A program made the translations under genes and the position numbers. A stretch of 64,000 nucleotides of DNA, from assembly GCA_017436035.1 (NCBI GenBank), contig JAFSDV010000005.1, positions 1,244 through 65,243 of the forward strand. Direction: 5' to 3'. This stretch comes from Oscillospiraceae bacterium (GTDB lineage: Bacteria; Bacillota; Clostridia; Oscillospirales; Oscillospiraceae). This document shows, piece by piece, positions 18,966 to 29,537 of this stretch. Each line of letters begins with the position of its first letter. Position 1 is the first letter of the stretch. A model generated the notes under the pieces. That model was not told the origin of the DNA. It saw only the letters and a list, made by a program, of their open reading frames with translations, and searched no databases.

Positions 18966-19703
18966 ATGTTTTTTGTAACCAGTGATCATATTCCGGACGG
19001 CGTGGGCTTTCAGACCTTTGGATTGATCCATATTCTTTGGCTTCTGGCAGGTCTTGTTTTCTGTGTTGCTGCCTGCGTTTGCTACCGCAAGCTTTCAGCA
19101 GATAAACGGAAACTTGCGCTGAAGGTGCTGGGTGTTTACATTGTTCTGCAGGAGATGGCAAAAAACCTGGTGCTGATCCTGTTAGGCGAATTCGGCTGGG
19201 GATATCTTCCGTTTCATCTTTGCGGGATCAATATTTTGTTGATTGCCTTTGACACCATAAAGCAAACGAAAACGGTGAGAAGCTTTCTGTATTATTTCGC
19301 GATCCCCGGTGCGTTGTTGGCTCTAATCTTCCCGAATTGGACCAAAATGCCTGTCTGGAATTTTTTCCATATACACAGCTTTACGATACACATTTTGTTG
19401 GTACTGTATCCGCTGCTGCTGTTAACCACCAATCAGGTGTCTACAGATCTGAAATCGGCCCTCAAAGGGGTAGTTCTCCTGGTGTCTATGGCTGTTCCTG
19501 TGTACGGACTGAACCTGCTTTGGGGTACCAATTTTATGTTTTTGATGAAGCCTGATTCCGGCAATCCTTTGGAATTTTTTGAAAAGCTGCTAGGCTCTCA
19601 TTTGTGGGGCTTTCCCATTCTTCTGCCTGTCGTGATTTCGGTGATGTATCTGCTCTCTTTTCTGTTCAAAAGTCGAAACAAGGACGCCATGGTCCGCTGT
19701 TGA
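18966..19703 (+). CDS. YwaF/TIGR02206-like integral membrane protein
   Basis: FGLIHILW, LPFHLCG, PGALLALIFPNW, HSFTIH and GTNFMFL; multiple TM helices. Confidence 0.8.
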   Translation: MFFVTSDHIPDGVGFQTFGLIHILWLLAGLVFCVAACVCYRKLSADKRKLALKVLGVYIVLQEMAKNLVLILLGEFGWGYLPFHLCGINILLIAFDTIKQTKTVRSFLYYFAIPGALLALIFPNWTKMPVWNFFHIHSFTIHILLVLYPLLLLTTNQVSTDLKSALKGVVLLVSMAVPVYGLNLLWGTNFMFLMKPDSGNPLEFFEKLLGSHLWGFPILLPVVISVMYLLSFLFKSRNKDAMVRC

Positions 19704-19717
19704 TTTTCATAACCTAA

Positions 19718-19882
19718 GGGCGTGTTGCAAAATACGGAATCCTCCGATAAGGTCTGTAGAGGCGGCGATCCGCCGCCCGCAACGAACAGATTTCGCAAAC
19801 GCAGCGGCGGGCGGCCAAAGGCCGCCCCTACATCTGAGAATATATGGTTTTAGGGGGTGTTGCAGTATGTTGCAACACCCCC
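19718..19882. mobile_element. MITE-like element with 18-bp terminal inverted repeats enclosing an inverted REP pair
   Basis: gggcgtgttgcaaaatac (19718) vs gtatgttgcaacaccccc (ends 19882), 16/18 complementary; internal gtagaggcggcg...gccgcccctac. Confidence 0.55.
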
Positions 19883-19893
19883 GTATTCGTGTA

Positions 19894-20487
19894 TTACTTA
19901 AAGTATCTTTCCAGCAAACCCTTCAGACCGCGACCGTGGCGGGCTTCGTCACGAGCCATCTCGTGGACGGTGTCGTGGATGGCATCCAGGCCGTTCTTCT
20001 TGGCGCAGGCAGCCAGATCGAACTTGCCCTGGGTTGCGCCAAACTCGCAGTCTACGCGCCATGCCAGGTTTTCCTTGGTGGAAGCCTTCATATTGGGCTC
20101 CAGATCCTCACCCAGCAGCTCTGCGAACTTTGCGGCGTGCTCCGCCTCTTCGTAAGCAGCCTTCTCCCAGTACAGACCGATCTCGGGATAGCCCTCCCGA
20201 TGGGCAATCCGCGCCATACACAGGTACATACCAACCTCGCTGCACTCGCCGTTGAAGTTGGCCATCAGCTGATCGAAAATATACTTCTTGTCTTCCTCGG
20301 AAATGTCCGGGTTGTTCTTTACAGTCTTGGCGTAAACACCGTACTCGTGCTCCGCAGCCAGCTTCAGCTCACCCTTCTGCTCCACAAATTTGGAAGCGGG
20401 GACCTTGCAGACAGGGCACTTGAAGTCAGCCGCCAGCTCTTCGGCGGTGTGCACATAGCCACAAACAGAGCATACAAACTTTTTCAT
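19894..20487 (-). CDS. Reverse rubrerythrin / NADH peroxidase
   Basis: N-terminal rubredoxin (CSVCG...CPVC) followed by a ferritin-like diiron domain (GECSE, EEAEHA, DEARHG). Confidence 0.92.
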   Translation of the reverse strand: MKKFVCSVCGYVHTAEELAADFKCPVCKVPASKFVEQKGELKLAAEHEYGVYAKTVKNNPDISEEDKKYIFDQLMANFNGECSEVGMYLCMARIAHREGYPEIGLYWEKAAYEEAEHAAKFAELLGEDLEPNMKASTKENLAWRVDCEFGATQGKFDLAACAKKNGLDAIHDTVHEMARDEARHGRGLKGLLERYFK

Positions 20488-20558
20488 AAATAATTCCTCC
20501 AAAATTATAATTCATTTTTAGGCGCGCTGCGCCAAAGAGTTTCTTCAAATGCGTGGGG

Positions 20559-20975
20559 TTACGCGGTTTCACAGCGTTCCGACCCCTTACCGGAACATTC
20601 CCGGCACAGACCGCTGAAGCTGAGCTGACATCCGGTCACCTGCCCGCCGCAGCAGCTTTCCGCTGCGTTACACAGAGTTTCCGGCGGCTGCAGCTGGGTC
20701 AGGTCGATCACAGCATCACAGCCAGTGCACACAAAATGTACATGAGGGCTTGTATTACCGTCGAACCGCTCCACACCGCTGACCGTTGCAATACAGCTTG
20801 CCAAGCCTTGCTGCCTGAATAAATTGAGATTGCGGTAAACCGTGCCCAGGGAGAGGTCTGGGATTTGGGGCTTCAGTCCCGCATAAACCATTTCCGCAGA
20901 AGGATGTTCCGTTGTGCTTTGCAAATAAGAAAGGATTGCGTTGCGTTTGCGAAATTGTTTCGGGGCTCGCTCCAT
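20559..20975 (-). CDS. perR: Fur-family peroxide regulator (PerR-like)
   Basis: HPSAE, SLGTVYRNL, HVHFVCTGC and GLCREC; co-oriented upstream of reverse rubrerythrin. Confidence 0.82.
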   Translation of the reverse strand: MERAPKQFRKRNAILSYLQSTTEHPSAEMVYAGLKPQIPDLSLGTVYRNLNLFRQQGLASCIATVSGVERFDGNTSPHVHFVCTGCDAVIDLTQLQPPETLCNAAESCCGGQVTGCQLSFSGLCRECSGKGSERCETA

Positions 20976-21190
20976 TTGCACACCTCCTAAAAAAGAATAA
21001 TTCTTATTTACAACTAGAGTATACCACGGTCATATTCCTTTGTCAATAAGAAATTTCAAAAGTTTTGTATTTTTTATTGGAGATTTACGGTGTTTTCGGC
21101 GGGCATCAGGATGCAGATACGATTTTTCTTGCATTGGCTGTGTTTTTATTATATTATAATGTATAGATGATACAAAAGGAGGGAACGGCT

Positions 21191-22294
21191 GTGACCGAAA
21201 AAATATCTGCCTGCCGGAGCTGCCTTTTAGGTTTGGCAGTGGGCGATGCTATGGGCTGCGCTGTTGACCGCAAGACCTTGGAGGAGATCTATTCGGATTA
21301 CGGTCCTAACGGCTTGCTGGGTTACGATCTTGCTAACGGCTGTGCCGATATATCGTCCTATACCCAGGTTGCCGCATTTGTAGGAAACGGCTTGCTGCTG
21401 AGTGTTTCCCGGGGGAAAACAGACCCGATTCCCTATATTGATTTAGGATTGCGGGAGTGGGCACGGAATCAGCAGTTTCACAGAGATCCGGAAAAAAGCT
21501 ATTGCTGGGTTGCCAAGCCCAAGGCCTTGCGGCTGCACAACAATCGGGATGCCCGGATGCTGGATGCCCTCCGGGCGGAAACGTTGGGTACGCCGGAGCA
21601 GCCCAACAACCAAAATACCGGTCCGGGGGCGTTACCCGGAGCGGTGGCGGTTGCCCTGTTTTATGATACCAAGCGGCTGAGCACACAGCAGCTGATTACC
21701 CTTGCTGTCCGAACTGTAGCCAGGACCCACGGTAATCCGGAGACCTTTTTGGCAGGCGCTGTATTGGCCCAATGCATCGCAGATCGGCTGCAGCTGCCTC
21801 AAAAACCGCTGGAAGAAGTATTTCAGGACAGTATTCGTCAGGTGCAGGAGCAGTATAAAGAGCAGTTTCCTGTTCCCATGGAGCTGCTGTCTGCCCGGCT
21901 TCAGCAGGCCATTGCACTGGCAAAGGATGAAACTCAGGATATCCGGCTGTGTATGGAACGCCTTTCCTGTATGAGCGCTGCCTCCTGCCTTGCCGGAGCA
22001 ATGTATGCCTGTCTGACCTGCGGCAACGATTTTGACACGGCACTGATCACTGCGGTGAACCACTCGGGACTTAGTGCCGCTGTGGGCGCATTGACCGGCG
22101 CCATCATGGGCGCAGGATTGAACGCAGAGGCGCTTCCGGAATTTTATCTGGAATCCCTTGCTCCTGCTCAGGCGCTTTCAGAGCTGGCAGAGGATCTGGC
22201 ACAGGGAAGCCTGACCACCGGCTTGTTTGATGACCACTGGGATCACAAATATATGCAGGGTCTTCCGCCGGAAGAACACCGGATGCCTGTTTGA
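21191..22294 (+). CDS. ADP-ribosylglycohydrolase-family protein lacking the catalytic Asp motifs
   Basis: CLLGLAVGDAMG, THG and ALITAVNHSG...GALTGAIMGA match the ARH fold, but TDDT is SSYT and DSD is LSA; GTG start with AAGGAGG RBS. Confidence 0.85.
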   Translation: MTEKISACRSCLLGLAVGDAMGCAVDRKTLEEIYSDYGPNGLLGYDLANGCADISSYTQVAAFVGNGLLLSVSRGKTDPIPYIDLGLREWARNQQFHRDPEKSYCWVAKPKALRLHNNRDARMLDALRAETLGTPEQPNNQNTGPGALPGAVAVALFYDTKRLSTQQLITLAVRTVARTHGNPETFLAGAVLAQCIADRLQLPQKPLEEVFQDSIRQVQEQYKEQFPVPMELLSARLQQAIALAKDETQDIRLCMERLSCMSAASCLAGAMYACLTCGNDFDTALITAVNHSGLSAAVGALTGAIMGAGLNAEALPEFYLESLAPAQALSELAEDLAQGSLTTGLFDDHWDHKYMQGLPPEEHRMPV

Positions 22295-22381
22295 GGGCAG
22301 ATTTTTGCTCCTGCGCCCCTTGGGATGAGGCAAAAAATGAAAAAACGGTGAAATAATACGAAAAAAACCCATGAAAACCTC

Positions 22382-22463
22382 TTGCAAATCCGTTTTTGAA
22401 GTGCTATAATACGAACGTAAGTATTGACGTTCGGAAAGAGAGGGGTTCGCCCCTCTCTTTTTT
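22382..22463 (+). promoter_or_regulatory. rimP-nusA-infB promoter and leader attenuator
   Basis: TTGCAA-17-TATAAT; hairpin cgaacgt...acgttcg; terminator aaagagagggg-ttcg-cccctctcttttt ahead of rimP. Confidence 0.75.
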
Positions 22464-22500
22464 AACGGACTGCCGGTTATGGACGAAAGAGGGTACGAAC

Positions 22501-22953
22501 ATGAAGATCACCGAACAAGTAGCAGCATTTGCTCAGCCTGTGGTGGAGTCACTGGGCTGCAGTCTTTGGGATGTGGAATATGTGCGGGAAGGCTCTGAGC
22601 GCTACCTGCGGCTTTACATCGACAAGGACGGCGGCGTGGATATTACCGACTGTGAAAACATCCACCGGGCAGTTGATCCTATTTTGGATGAGAAAGACCC
22701 CATTCCGGACAGCTACCATTTTGAAGTCTGCTCCGCCGGCTTGGAGCGGGCGTTGAAGCGTCCCTCTGATTTTGAGCGGTTTATGGGCAGCGCTGTCCTG
22801 GTCAAGCTCTACCGCCCCCGAAATGGTCTGAAGGAGATCCCCGGTATTCTGCGGGGCTATGAAGAGGGCTGCGTTACGGTTGAGGCAGGTAAGGAAACGA
22901 TCACCTTTACAAAATCCGAGGTTGCACTGGTGCGGCTTCGTGTGGAATTTTAA
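22501..22953 (+). CDS. rimP: Ribosome maturation factor RimP
   Basis: LWDVEYV, LRLYIDKDGGV..DC and YHFEVCSAGLER. Confidence 0.95.
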   Translation: MKITEQVAAFAQPVVESLGCSLWDVEYVREGSERYLRLYIDKDGGVDITDCENIHRAVDPILDEKDPIPDSYHFEVCSAGLERALKRPSDFERFMGSAVLVKLYRPRNGLKEIPGILRGYEEGCVTVEAGKETITFTKSEVALVRLRVEF

Positions 22954-23030
22954 GATCAGTAACTACAAATACTATGGAGTCTTCAAAACGGACAGACACG
23001 CCGATTTTTGAAGCACGAAGGAGGAACATT

Positions 23031-24140
23031 ATGGCAAGAAATACTAGAGCCAAGAAGCAGGAAGAGCCCCAGGTAGATATCGGCGCAGAGATCTTCGCAA
23101 GCCTGCGGGATCTGGAAAAGCTGAAGGGCATCCCTGTAGAGTATATGGTGGAGCGGCTGAAGCAGGCTCTGACCAATGCCTACCGGAAGGACCGGGAGGA
23201 CCACCGGGACATCCCCGCTGAGAATGTGGTGGTGGACCTGAGCGAAAAGGGTCTTTCCATGCATCTGCTTAAGACTGCGGTGGAAGAGGTGGAGGATTCC
23301 GCTGTAGAGATCCATATTGACGCTGCCCGCAACATAAATCCCGACATCCGGCCAGGTGAGCCTGTTTCCATCCCTGTGGATATTCAGAAATTTGGCCGTA
23401 TCGCTGCCCAAACTGCCAAGCAAGTGGTCATTCAGGGCATTCGGGAGGCAGAACGGGGCGCGATCTTCGAAAGCTACTCCTCCAAGAGTCAGGAGCTGCT
23501 TACCGGCACGGTCCTGCGGCTTGATCCCTCCGGCGATCTGTTTGTTCGGATTGGACAGGGCAGCGAGCAGCATGATGCCATTCTGCGCGCCAGCGAGCAG
23601 ATCCCCGGCGAGAGCTATGAGTCCGGCGATCTGATCCGTGTATACGTGCTGGAGACCCGGCAGTCTGCAAAGGCTACCAATGTTTATGTTTCCCGGACCC
23701 ATCCCAATGTGGTGCGCCGCCTGTTTGAGCTGGAGACACCGGAAATTGCCGACGGTCAGGTGGAGATCCGAAACATTGCCCGGGAGGCCGGCTCCCGCAG
23801 CAAGATCGCTGTCCGGGCAGCTATGGAAAACGTAGATCCCGTCGGTGCTTGCGTCGGTCCCCGCGGCGGACGTGTGGGTGCGGTGGTGGAAGAGCTCCAC
23901 GGCGAAAAGATCGATATCGTGGTTTGGAGCGAAGATCCCTGCGAATACGTAAAGGCAGCACTGAGCCCGGCAGATGTACTGGCGGTGAATCTGATTCCCG
24001 GACAAAAGGCTTGTCAGGTGATTGTTCCCGATGACCAGCTGAGCCTTGCCATCGGCAAGGAGGGTCAAAACGCCCGTCTGGCTGCCCGCCTGACCGGTTA
24101 TAAGATCGACATTAAGCCTGCTTCTCAGGCAGAAGTATAA
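23031..24140 (+). CDS. nusA: Transcription factor NusA
   Basis: FGRIAAQTAKQV, AREAGSRSKIAV, GACVGPRG and LSLAIGKEGQNARLAARLTG. Confidence 0.97.
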   Translation: MARNTRAKKQEEPQVDIGAEIFASLRDLEKLKGIPVEYMVERLKQALTNAYRKDREDHRDIPAENVVVDLSEKGLSMHLLKTAVEEVEDSAVEIHIDAARNINPDIRPGEPVSIPVDIQKFGRIAAQTAKQVVIQGIREAERGAIFESYSSKSQELLTGTVLRLDPSGDLFVRIGQGSEQHDAILRASEQIPGESYESGDLIRVYVLETRQSAKATNVYVSRTHPNVVRRLFELETPEIADGQVEIRNIAREAGSRSKIAVRAAMENVDPVGACVGPRGGRVGAVVEELHGEKIDIVVWSEDPCEYVKAALSPADVLAVNLIPGQKACQVIVPDDQLSLAIGKEGQNARLAARLTGYKIDIKPASQAEV

Positions 24141-24173
24141 TTCAAAAATAAAACGTGCAAGGAGGCAGTCGAT

Positions 24174-24446
24174 ATGCAAAAGAAAATTCCCCAAAGGCAG
24201 TGTATGGGCTGCCGGGAGCGCAAGGCAAAACGGGAGCTGATCCGGGTGGTCCGCTGCACAGACGGCGAGGTCCGTCTGGATTTCAGCGGCAAGCTGAACG
24301 GACGCGGCGCTTACATCTGCCCCCAGCCGGAATGTCTGCGGGCAGCGCAAAAAGCAAAGGCGCTGGAGCGCAGTTTGGAAGTTCCCATCCCGGATGAGGT
24401 ATATGCCAGACTTTCCAAGGAAATGGAGGGCGGCATCTATGGATAA
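24174..24446 (+). CDS. ylxR: YlxR (RnpM, DUF448) RNA-binding protein
   Basis: PQRQCMGC, ELIRVVR and GRGAYIC. Confidence 0.93.
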   Translation: MQKKIPQRQCMGCRERKAKRELIRVVRCTDGEVRLDFSGKLNGRGAYICPQPECLRAAQKAKALERSLEVPIPDEVYARLSKEMEGGIYG

Positions 24447-24882
24447 GGCCCTGAATTATATGGCACTGGCACGGAAAGCAGGCCGTATTGAACTGGGAGA
24501 AGAGCCGGTGGGTGCGGCGGCCCGCGCACAGCACGCCCGCCTGATCGTTATAGCCGGTGACGCTTCGGACCATACGCTGCGCAGAGCCAACAGCTTTGCT
24601 GCCGGGACAGATCAGCAATGCATCAAGGTCCCTTATACCAAGGACCAGCTTGGTGAGGCGATAGGTCGCAGCAGCTTAGCTCTTGCGGCGTTTACAGATC
24701 CTGCCATGGCACTGGCGTTTGTAAAGGCCTTGGAGCAGCCGGAACAGTACAAGACGGTTTTAGAAAAGCTGGAGCAGCGCACAAAGCGTATACAGCAGCG
24801 GCAGAAGGAAGCCCGGGCCCATAAGCGCAACAAGGCGCGGGGTCGTACCCGTTGCAAGACCGGCGTGAAAAAGGACGATTGA
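24439..24882 (+). CDS. L7Ae/YlxQ-family RNA-binding protein with a basic C-terminal extension
   Basis: LARKAGR..GEE, IAGDAS and LGEAIGR; located between ylxR and infB. Confidence 0.85.
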   Translation: MDKALNYMALARKAGRIELGEEPVGAAARAQHARLIVIAGDASDHTLRRANSFAAGTDQQCIKVPYTKDQLGEAIGRSSLALAAFTDPAMALAFVKALEQPEQYKTVLEKLEQRTKRIQQRQKEARAHKRNKARGRTRCKTGVKKDD

Positions 24883-24898
24883 TTTCGGAGGTGCATAT

Positions 24899-27241
24899 AT
24901 GAGTATCGTGAAATATCGATTGAAAGAGGTAGCTGCGGACTTTGGTGTAGCTACCAAGGAGATCAGTGAGATCCTCGGTAATTTTTTTGAGAAGCCCAAG
25001 GGAAGCACACAGATCCTGACTGAAGAGGAGCTGAATGTGGTTTTTGATGTGTTGTCCCAAAACCATCAGATTGACTCTTTGGAGCAGGTATTTGCAGTAC
25101 AGCCCAAGACTCCTGCCCCCAAGGCGGAGCCTCCTAAGCAGGAAGCGCCCAAGGCAGAGGAAAAGAAGCCGGCTGAGAAGGCGCAAAGCAAGCCCGCAGC
25201 CCAGCAGCCTGTCAAGGCGCAGCAGCCCGCAAAGCCTGTTGAGCCGGAGCGCAGGCGGGAACGCCGGGTGGTGGACACCTCTGCGGTGCAGGTGAATACT
25301 GCCCGTTTTGACGACCGGGTGGACAGCCTGATCTCTGAGCGTGTTCAGAACTATCAGGGCGGCAAGCAGCGCATCGGCGGCAAGAAGGGTCAGCAGCAGA
25401 ATAAAAAGGACAATAAATTCAAGGGCAATAAGGCAAGAAATGAGGAGCAGGAGAAGATGCGCCGTCTTCAGATGGAAGTGGCGCGCAAAGCCCCTGTCAC
25501 CGTTAAAATTCCCGACGAGATCACCGTTGGTGAGCTGGCCTCCCGGATGAAGAAGACCGCCGGCGAGGTTATTAAGTGCCTGATGAAAAACGGTGTTATG
25601 GCAGGTATTAACCAGGCCATCGACTTCGATACCGCGGAATTTGTAGCAACGGAATTTGGCTGCAAGGTGGAAAAGGAGATCACCGTCACCATCGAAGAGC
25701 GGATCATCGACGACCATCAGGACACTGCCGAAGAGCTGCAGACCCGCGCGCCAGTTGTGGTAGTCATGGGTCACGTTGACCACGGCAAGACCTCTACCCT
25801 GGATGCCATTCGCAAGACCTCCGTCACTGCCGGTGAGGCAGGCGGCATCACTCAGCATATCGGTGCGTACACGGTGGATGTCAACGGCAATATGATCACC
25901 TTCCTGGATACGCCCGGTCACGCCGCCTTTACTTCTATGCGTGCCCGCGGTGCCAAGTCTACAGATATCGCGATTCTGGTGGTTGCTGCCGACGACGGCA
26001 TTATGCCCCAGACGGTGGAGTCCATCAACCACGCCAAGGCGGCAGAGGTGCCGATCATTGTTGCCATTAACAAAATGGATAAGCCCACTGCCAACCCCGA
26101 CAAGATCAAAGAACAGCTTACCAAGTATGACCTGATCCCTGAGGAATGGGGCGGCGATACGGTGATCGTACCCATCTCCGCAAAAACCGGTCAGGGTCTT
26201 GATGAGCTGTTGGAAATGGTGATTCTGACTGCTGAGGTGCAGGAGCTGAAGGCGAACCCCAACCGCCGCGCCAAGGGCACAGTGATCGAAGCCCGGCTGG
26301 ATAAGACCCGGGGACCGATCGCTACCCTGCTGGTCCAGAACGGAACGCTGAATCAGGGTGACATTGTGATCGCCGGTACTGCTGTTGGCCGTGTCCGTGT
26401 TATGACCAACGATAAGGGCCGTACCGTAAAAACCGCCGGTCCGTCTGTTCCTGTGGAGATCACCGGTCTTGCGGAAGTTCCTGCCCCCGGTGACGAGTTC
26501 AATGCCGTTACCGACGAGCGTATGGCAAGAGAGCTGGTGGAGCAGCGGAAGCAGGCTGCCAAGGATGCGGCTGCCAACGCCATGCAGAAGGTCACATTGG
26601 ATAATCTGTTTGCCAAAATGCAGGAGGGCGAGATGAAGGAGCTGCCGCTGATCGTCAAGGCGGACGTTCAGGGCTCTGCGGAAGCAGTGAAAGCATCTCT
26701 TGAAAAGATCTCCAATGAGGAGGTCCGGGTTCGGGTGATCCACACCGGTGTAGGCGCGATCAACGAGTCCGATATTCTGCTGGCATCCACTGCCGGTGCC
26801 ATCATCGTTGGCTTCAACGTGCGTCCCGACGCAGGTGCCCAGGTAAGCGCCCAGCGCACCGCTGTGGATATGCGGTTCTACCGGGTGATCTATGACGCCA
26901 TCGACGAAATCGAAGCCGCCATGAAGGGTATGCTTGCCCCGAAATTCCAGGAAGCCATCATCGGTCACGCGGAAGTGCGCATGACCTACAAGGTTTCTGC
27001 CATCGGCACGATCGCAGGCTGTATGGTCAAGGACGGTAAGGTCACCAGAGATGCCCAAGTCCGTGTACTGCGGGATAATATCGTCATTCATGAGGGCGAG
27101 GTGGGTTCTTTGCAGCGGTTTAAGGATGCGGCAAAGGAAGTTACCGCCGGCTATGAGTGCGGTATGAGTATTCTGAAGTTCAACGACATCAAAGAGGGCG
27201 ACATCTTTGAGTGCTTCGTTATGGAAGAAGTCAAACAATAA
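24899..27241 (+). CDS. infB: Translation initiation factor IF-2
   Basis: [27 protein letters not shown] and NKMD GTPase motifs. Confidence 0.98.
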   Translation: MSIVKYRLKEVAADFGVATKEISEILGNFFEKPKGSTQILTEEELNVVFDVLSQNHQIDSLEQVFAVQPKTPAPKAEPPKQEAPKAEEKKPAEKAQSKPAAQQPVKAQQPAKPVEPERRRERRVVDTSAVQVNTARFDDRVDSLISERVQNYQGGKQRIGGKKGQQQNKKDNKFKGNKARNEEQEKMRRLQMEVARKAPVTVKIPDEITVGELASRMKKTAGEVIKCLMKNGVMAGINQAIDFDTAEFVATEFGCKVEKEITVTIEERIIDDHQDTAEELQTRAPVVVVMGHVDHGKTSTLDAIRKTSVTAGEAGGITQHIGAYTVDVNGNMITFLDTPGHAAFTSMRARGAKSTDIAILVVAADDGIMPQTVESINHAKAAEVPIIVAINKMDKPTANPDKIKEQLTKYDLIPEEWGGDTVIVPISAKTGQGLDELLEMVILTAEVQELKANPNRRAKGTVIEARLDKTRGPIATLLVQNGTLNQGDIVIAGTAVGRVRVMTNDKGRTVKTAGPSVPVEITGLAEVPAPGDEFNAVTDERMARELVEQRKQAAKDAAANAMQKVTLDNLFAKMQEGEMKELPLIVKADVQGSAEAVKASLEKISNEEVRVRVIHTGVGAINESDILLASTAGAIIVGFNVRPDAGAQVSAQRTAVDMRFYRVIYDAIDEIEAAMKGMLAPKFQEAIIGHAEVRMTYKVSAIGTIAGCMVKDGKVTRDAQVRVLRDNIVIHEGEVGSLQRFKDAAKEVTAGYECGMSILKFNDIKEGDIFECFVMEEVKQ

Positions 27242-27334
27242 ACCTTACACTGCCGCACCGCGTCCGCGGCGCGGCAGATGCCGTTTGGCGGGTATAATAT
27301 CCCTATAAATTTTCAAAACAAAGGAGGCTGTTTT

Positions 27335-27703
27335 ATGGCATCCAACCGTATAGGACGAATCAATGAAGAAATTCAAAAAGAGCTGGCGGCGCTGATCCGC
27401 ACCCTGAAAGATCCCCGGGTACAGGACACCATGATCTCCATTACCCATGTGGAGACTACGCCGGACCTGCGCTATGCCAAGGTCTATGCCAGCTTTTTGC
27501 AGGAGGATCAGGCGGCAGACGCCCTAAAGGGTCTGCGCTCCGCTTCCGGTTATCTGCGCCGGGAGCTGGGGCGTGCGCTGCAGCTGCGTTACACGCCGGA
27601 GCTTCAGTGGGCGCTGGATGATTCTATCACCTACGGCGCAAAAATGCTGAAGCTGATCAACTCTTTAGAGGTAGAAAACCATGACGGGTCTGAACAGGAA
27701 TGA
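27335..27703 (+). CDS. rbfA: Ribosome-binding factor A
   Basis: KDPRV, DLRYAKVY and LRYTPEL; AAGGAGG RBS. Confidence 0.96.
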   Translation: MASNRIGRINEEIQKELAALIRTLKDPRVQDTMISITHVETTPDLRYAKVYASFLQEDQAADALKGLRSASGYLRRELGRALQLRYTPELQWALDDSITYGAKMLKLINSLEVENHDGSEQE

Positions 27704-28628
27704 GGCTGCCCGGTTTCTTGCCGGACGTGACAATTTTACGATCCTGACCCATCGCAGACCTGACGGAGATACCGTTGGCTCCGCTGCTGTTCTGTGCCGG
27801 GGTCTGCGGCAGCTGGGCAAGACCGCCCATGTGCTGGAAAATCCCGAGGTTACGGAAAAGTATGCCGGTCTGCTCCGGGGACTGACCAAAAAACAGGCGG
27901 AAGATACAGACACTGTGATTTGTGTGGATGTGGCATCTGCCAATATGCTGCCTGATGCTTTTCGGCTGCTGGAGGGAAAAATCGACCTGCGGATCGACCA
28001 TCACGGTACGGCATCCGCCTTTACGCCGCTGCAGCTGGTCGACCCGGACGCTGCCGCCTGCGGGGAGCTGGTCTTTGATGTGCTGCAGGAGCTGGGCGCT
28101 GCACTGGATCAGCCTATGGCAAATGCCCTGTATACGGCGATCTCTACGGACACGGGCTGCTTCCGCTACGCCAATACTACCGCTAACACCCTTCGGACTG
28201 CCGCTGCCTGTAAAGATGCGGGCGCGGATACGTTCGGGCTGAATCAGACACTTTTTGAAACAAACACCCTTGCCCGCCTGCGGCTGCAGGGCTGGCTGGT
28301 GGAAAACGCCCTATTTTTGGCAGATGGAAAAATCGTGATCTGCGCCCTGCCCCGTTCCAAGGAGCAGGAGCTGGGTCTGACAGAGGATGATCTGGAAAAT
28401 ATTTCCGGCTTCCCCCGGACCATCGCCGGGGTGCAGATATCCGCCATGCTGCGGCAGGAGCGCAGCGGCAGAGTGAAGCTGTCTGTCCGGGCTGTGCCCG
28501 GCTGTGATGCGGCAGCCATTTGCGCCAAATTCGGCGGCGGCGGACACAAAGGTGCTGCAGGTGCCAGTATGGATATGACCATGGATGAAGCAGTTCAGGC
28601 TGTGATCAGTGCCATGCCGGAGATCTGA
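27681..28628 (+). CDS. nrnA: DHH/DHHA1 nanoRNase / pAp phosphatase
   Basis: HRRPDGDTVGS, IDHH, TDTGCF and GGGHKGAAG. Confidence 0.9.
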   Translation: MTGLNRNEAARFLAGRDNFTILTHRRPDGDTVGSAAVLCRGLRQLGKTAHVLENPEVTEKYAGLLRGLTKKQAEDTDTVICVDVASANMLPDAFRLLEGKIDLRIDHHGTASAFTPLQLVDPDAAACGELVFDVLQELGAALDQPMANALYTAISTDTGCFRYANTTANTLRTAAACKDAGADTFGLNQTLFETNTLARLRLQGWLVENALFLADGKIVICALPRSKEQELGLTEDDLENISGFPRTIAGVQISAMLRQERSGRVKLSVRAVPGCDAAAICAKFGGGGHKGAAGASMDMTMDEAVQAVISAMPEI

Positions 28629-28629
28629 T

Positions 28630-29490
28630 ATGAACGGAATCGTAATTGTAGACAAGCCCGAGGGCTGGACAAGCCAAGACGTGACCGCTAAGCTGCGAGG
28701 TGTTTTTCAGACCCGGCGGATCGGTCACGGGGGAACGTTAGACCCGATGGCCACCGGTGTGCTGCCGGTTTTTGTGGGCAGGGCTACCCGGGGCGTAGAA
28801 TTTTTTGAGCATGCGGAAAAGACCTACGAAGCCACCCTTCGGCTGGGCGTGACCACGGACACAGAGGATATCACCGGAGCGGTTTTGGAGCAGCAAGAGC
28901 CCCGTGTTTCGGAAGCGGAGCTTCTTGCCGTGCTGGAGCAGTTCCGGGGGGATATTCAGCAGATCCCGCCCATGTATTCCGCACTGAAGGTGAACGGGCA
29001 AAAGCTTTGCGATCTTGCCCGCAAGGGCAAACAGGTGGAGCGAATGCCCCGCACCGTCACCATCCACCGGCTGGAGTGCCTGGCGTTCACCGGGCAAACT
29101 GTCCGGCTGCGGATCCGGTGCTCCAAGGGCACGTACATCCGCACCCTCTGCAAGGATATCGGTGCCGCGTTGGGCTGCGGGGGCTGTATGGAGCAGCTGC
29201 GCCGCATTTGTGCCGGAAGCTATACCATTGAAGAAGCGATCCCTCTTAAAACGCTGCTCGATGCCGCGGAGCCCCAACAGTACCTGCGGGGCGTGGATAC
29301 CATGTTCAGTGGATTCCCTGAAATTACCCTGACACCGAATCAGGAAAAACGCTGCCGAAACGGCAATGCCTTTTCCCGGTCCGAACCGGACGGTACTTAC
29401 CGGGCTTACAGTCAGACCGGCGAATTTCTCATGCTGGCAAAGGCGGAGTCTGGTGTTATGTCGACCATTAAGAGCTTTTTTGAAGTGTGA
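28630..29490 (+). CDS. truB: tRNA pseudouridine(55) synthase
   Basis: DKPEGWTS, GHGGTLDPMATGVL, PPMYSA and CSKGTYIRTL. Confidence 0.97.
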   Translation: MNGIVIVDKPEGWTSQDVTAKLRGVFQTRRIGHGGTLDPMATGVLPVFVGRATRGVEFFEHAEKTYEATLRLGVTTDTEDITGAVLEQQEPRVSEAELLAVLEQFRGDIQQIPPMYSALKVNGQKLCDLARKGKQVERMPRTVTIHRLECLAFTGQTVRLRIRCSKGTYIRTLCKDIGAALGCGGCMEQLRRICAGSYTIEEAIPLKTLLDAAEPQQYLRGVDTMFSGFPEITLTPNQEKRCRNGNAFSRSEPDGTYRAYSQTGEFLMLAKAESGVMSTIKSFFEV

Positions 29491-29537
29491 AAACATTGCA
29501 ACAGCGGGCTCTGCAAGTTGGATAATAGGTATTCGTT

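Noticed and set aside
18482-19890. Integrative island at tRNA-Leu
   Set aside because: The downstream DNA is AT-richer, but I found no integrase and no duplicated tRNA 3' end (att site).
20995-21060. PerR boxes upstream of perR
   Set aside because: AT-rich palindromic bits (aagaataattctt) are present but too degenerate to call by eye.
24692-27238. Very long antisense ORFs (also 31007-33160, 36419-38014, 43308-46103, 57660-59924 and many shorter ones)
   Set aside because: They mirror well-conserved sense genes and have no recognisable motifs; such shadow ORFs are expected from GC-rich codon bias.
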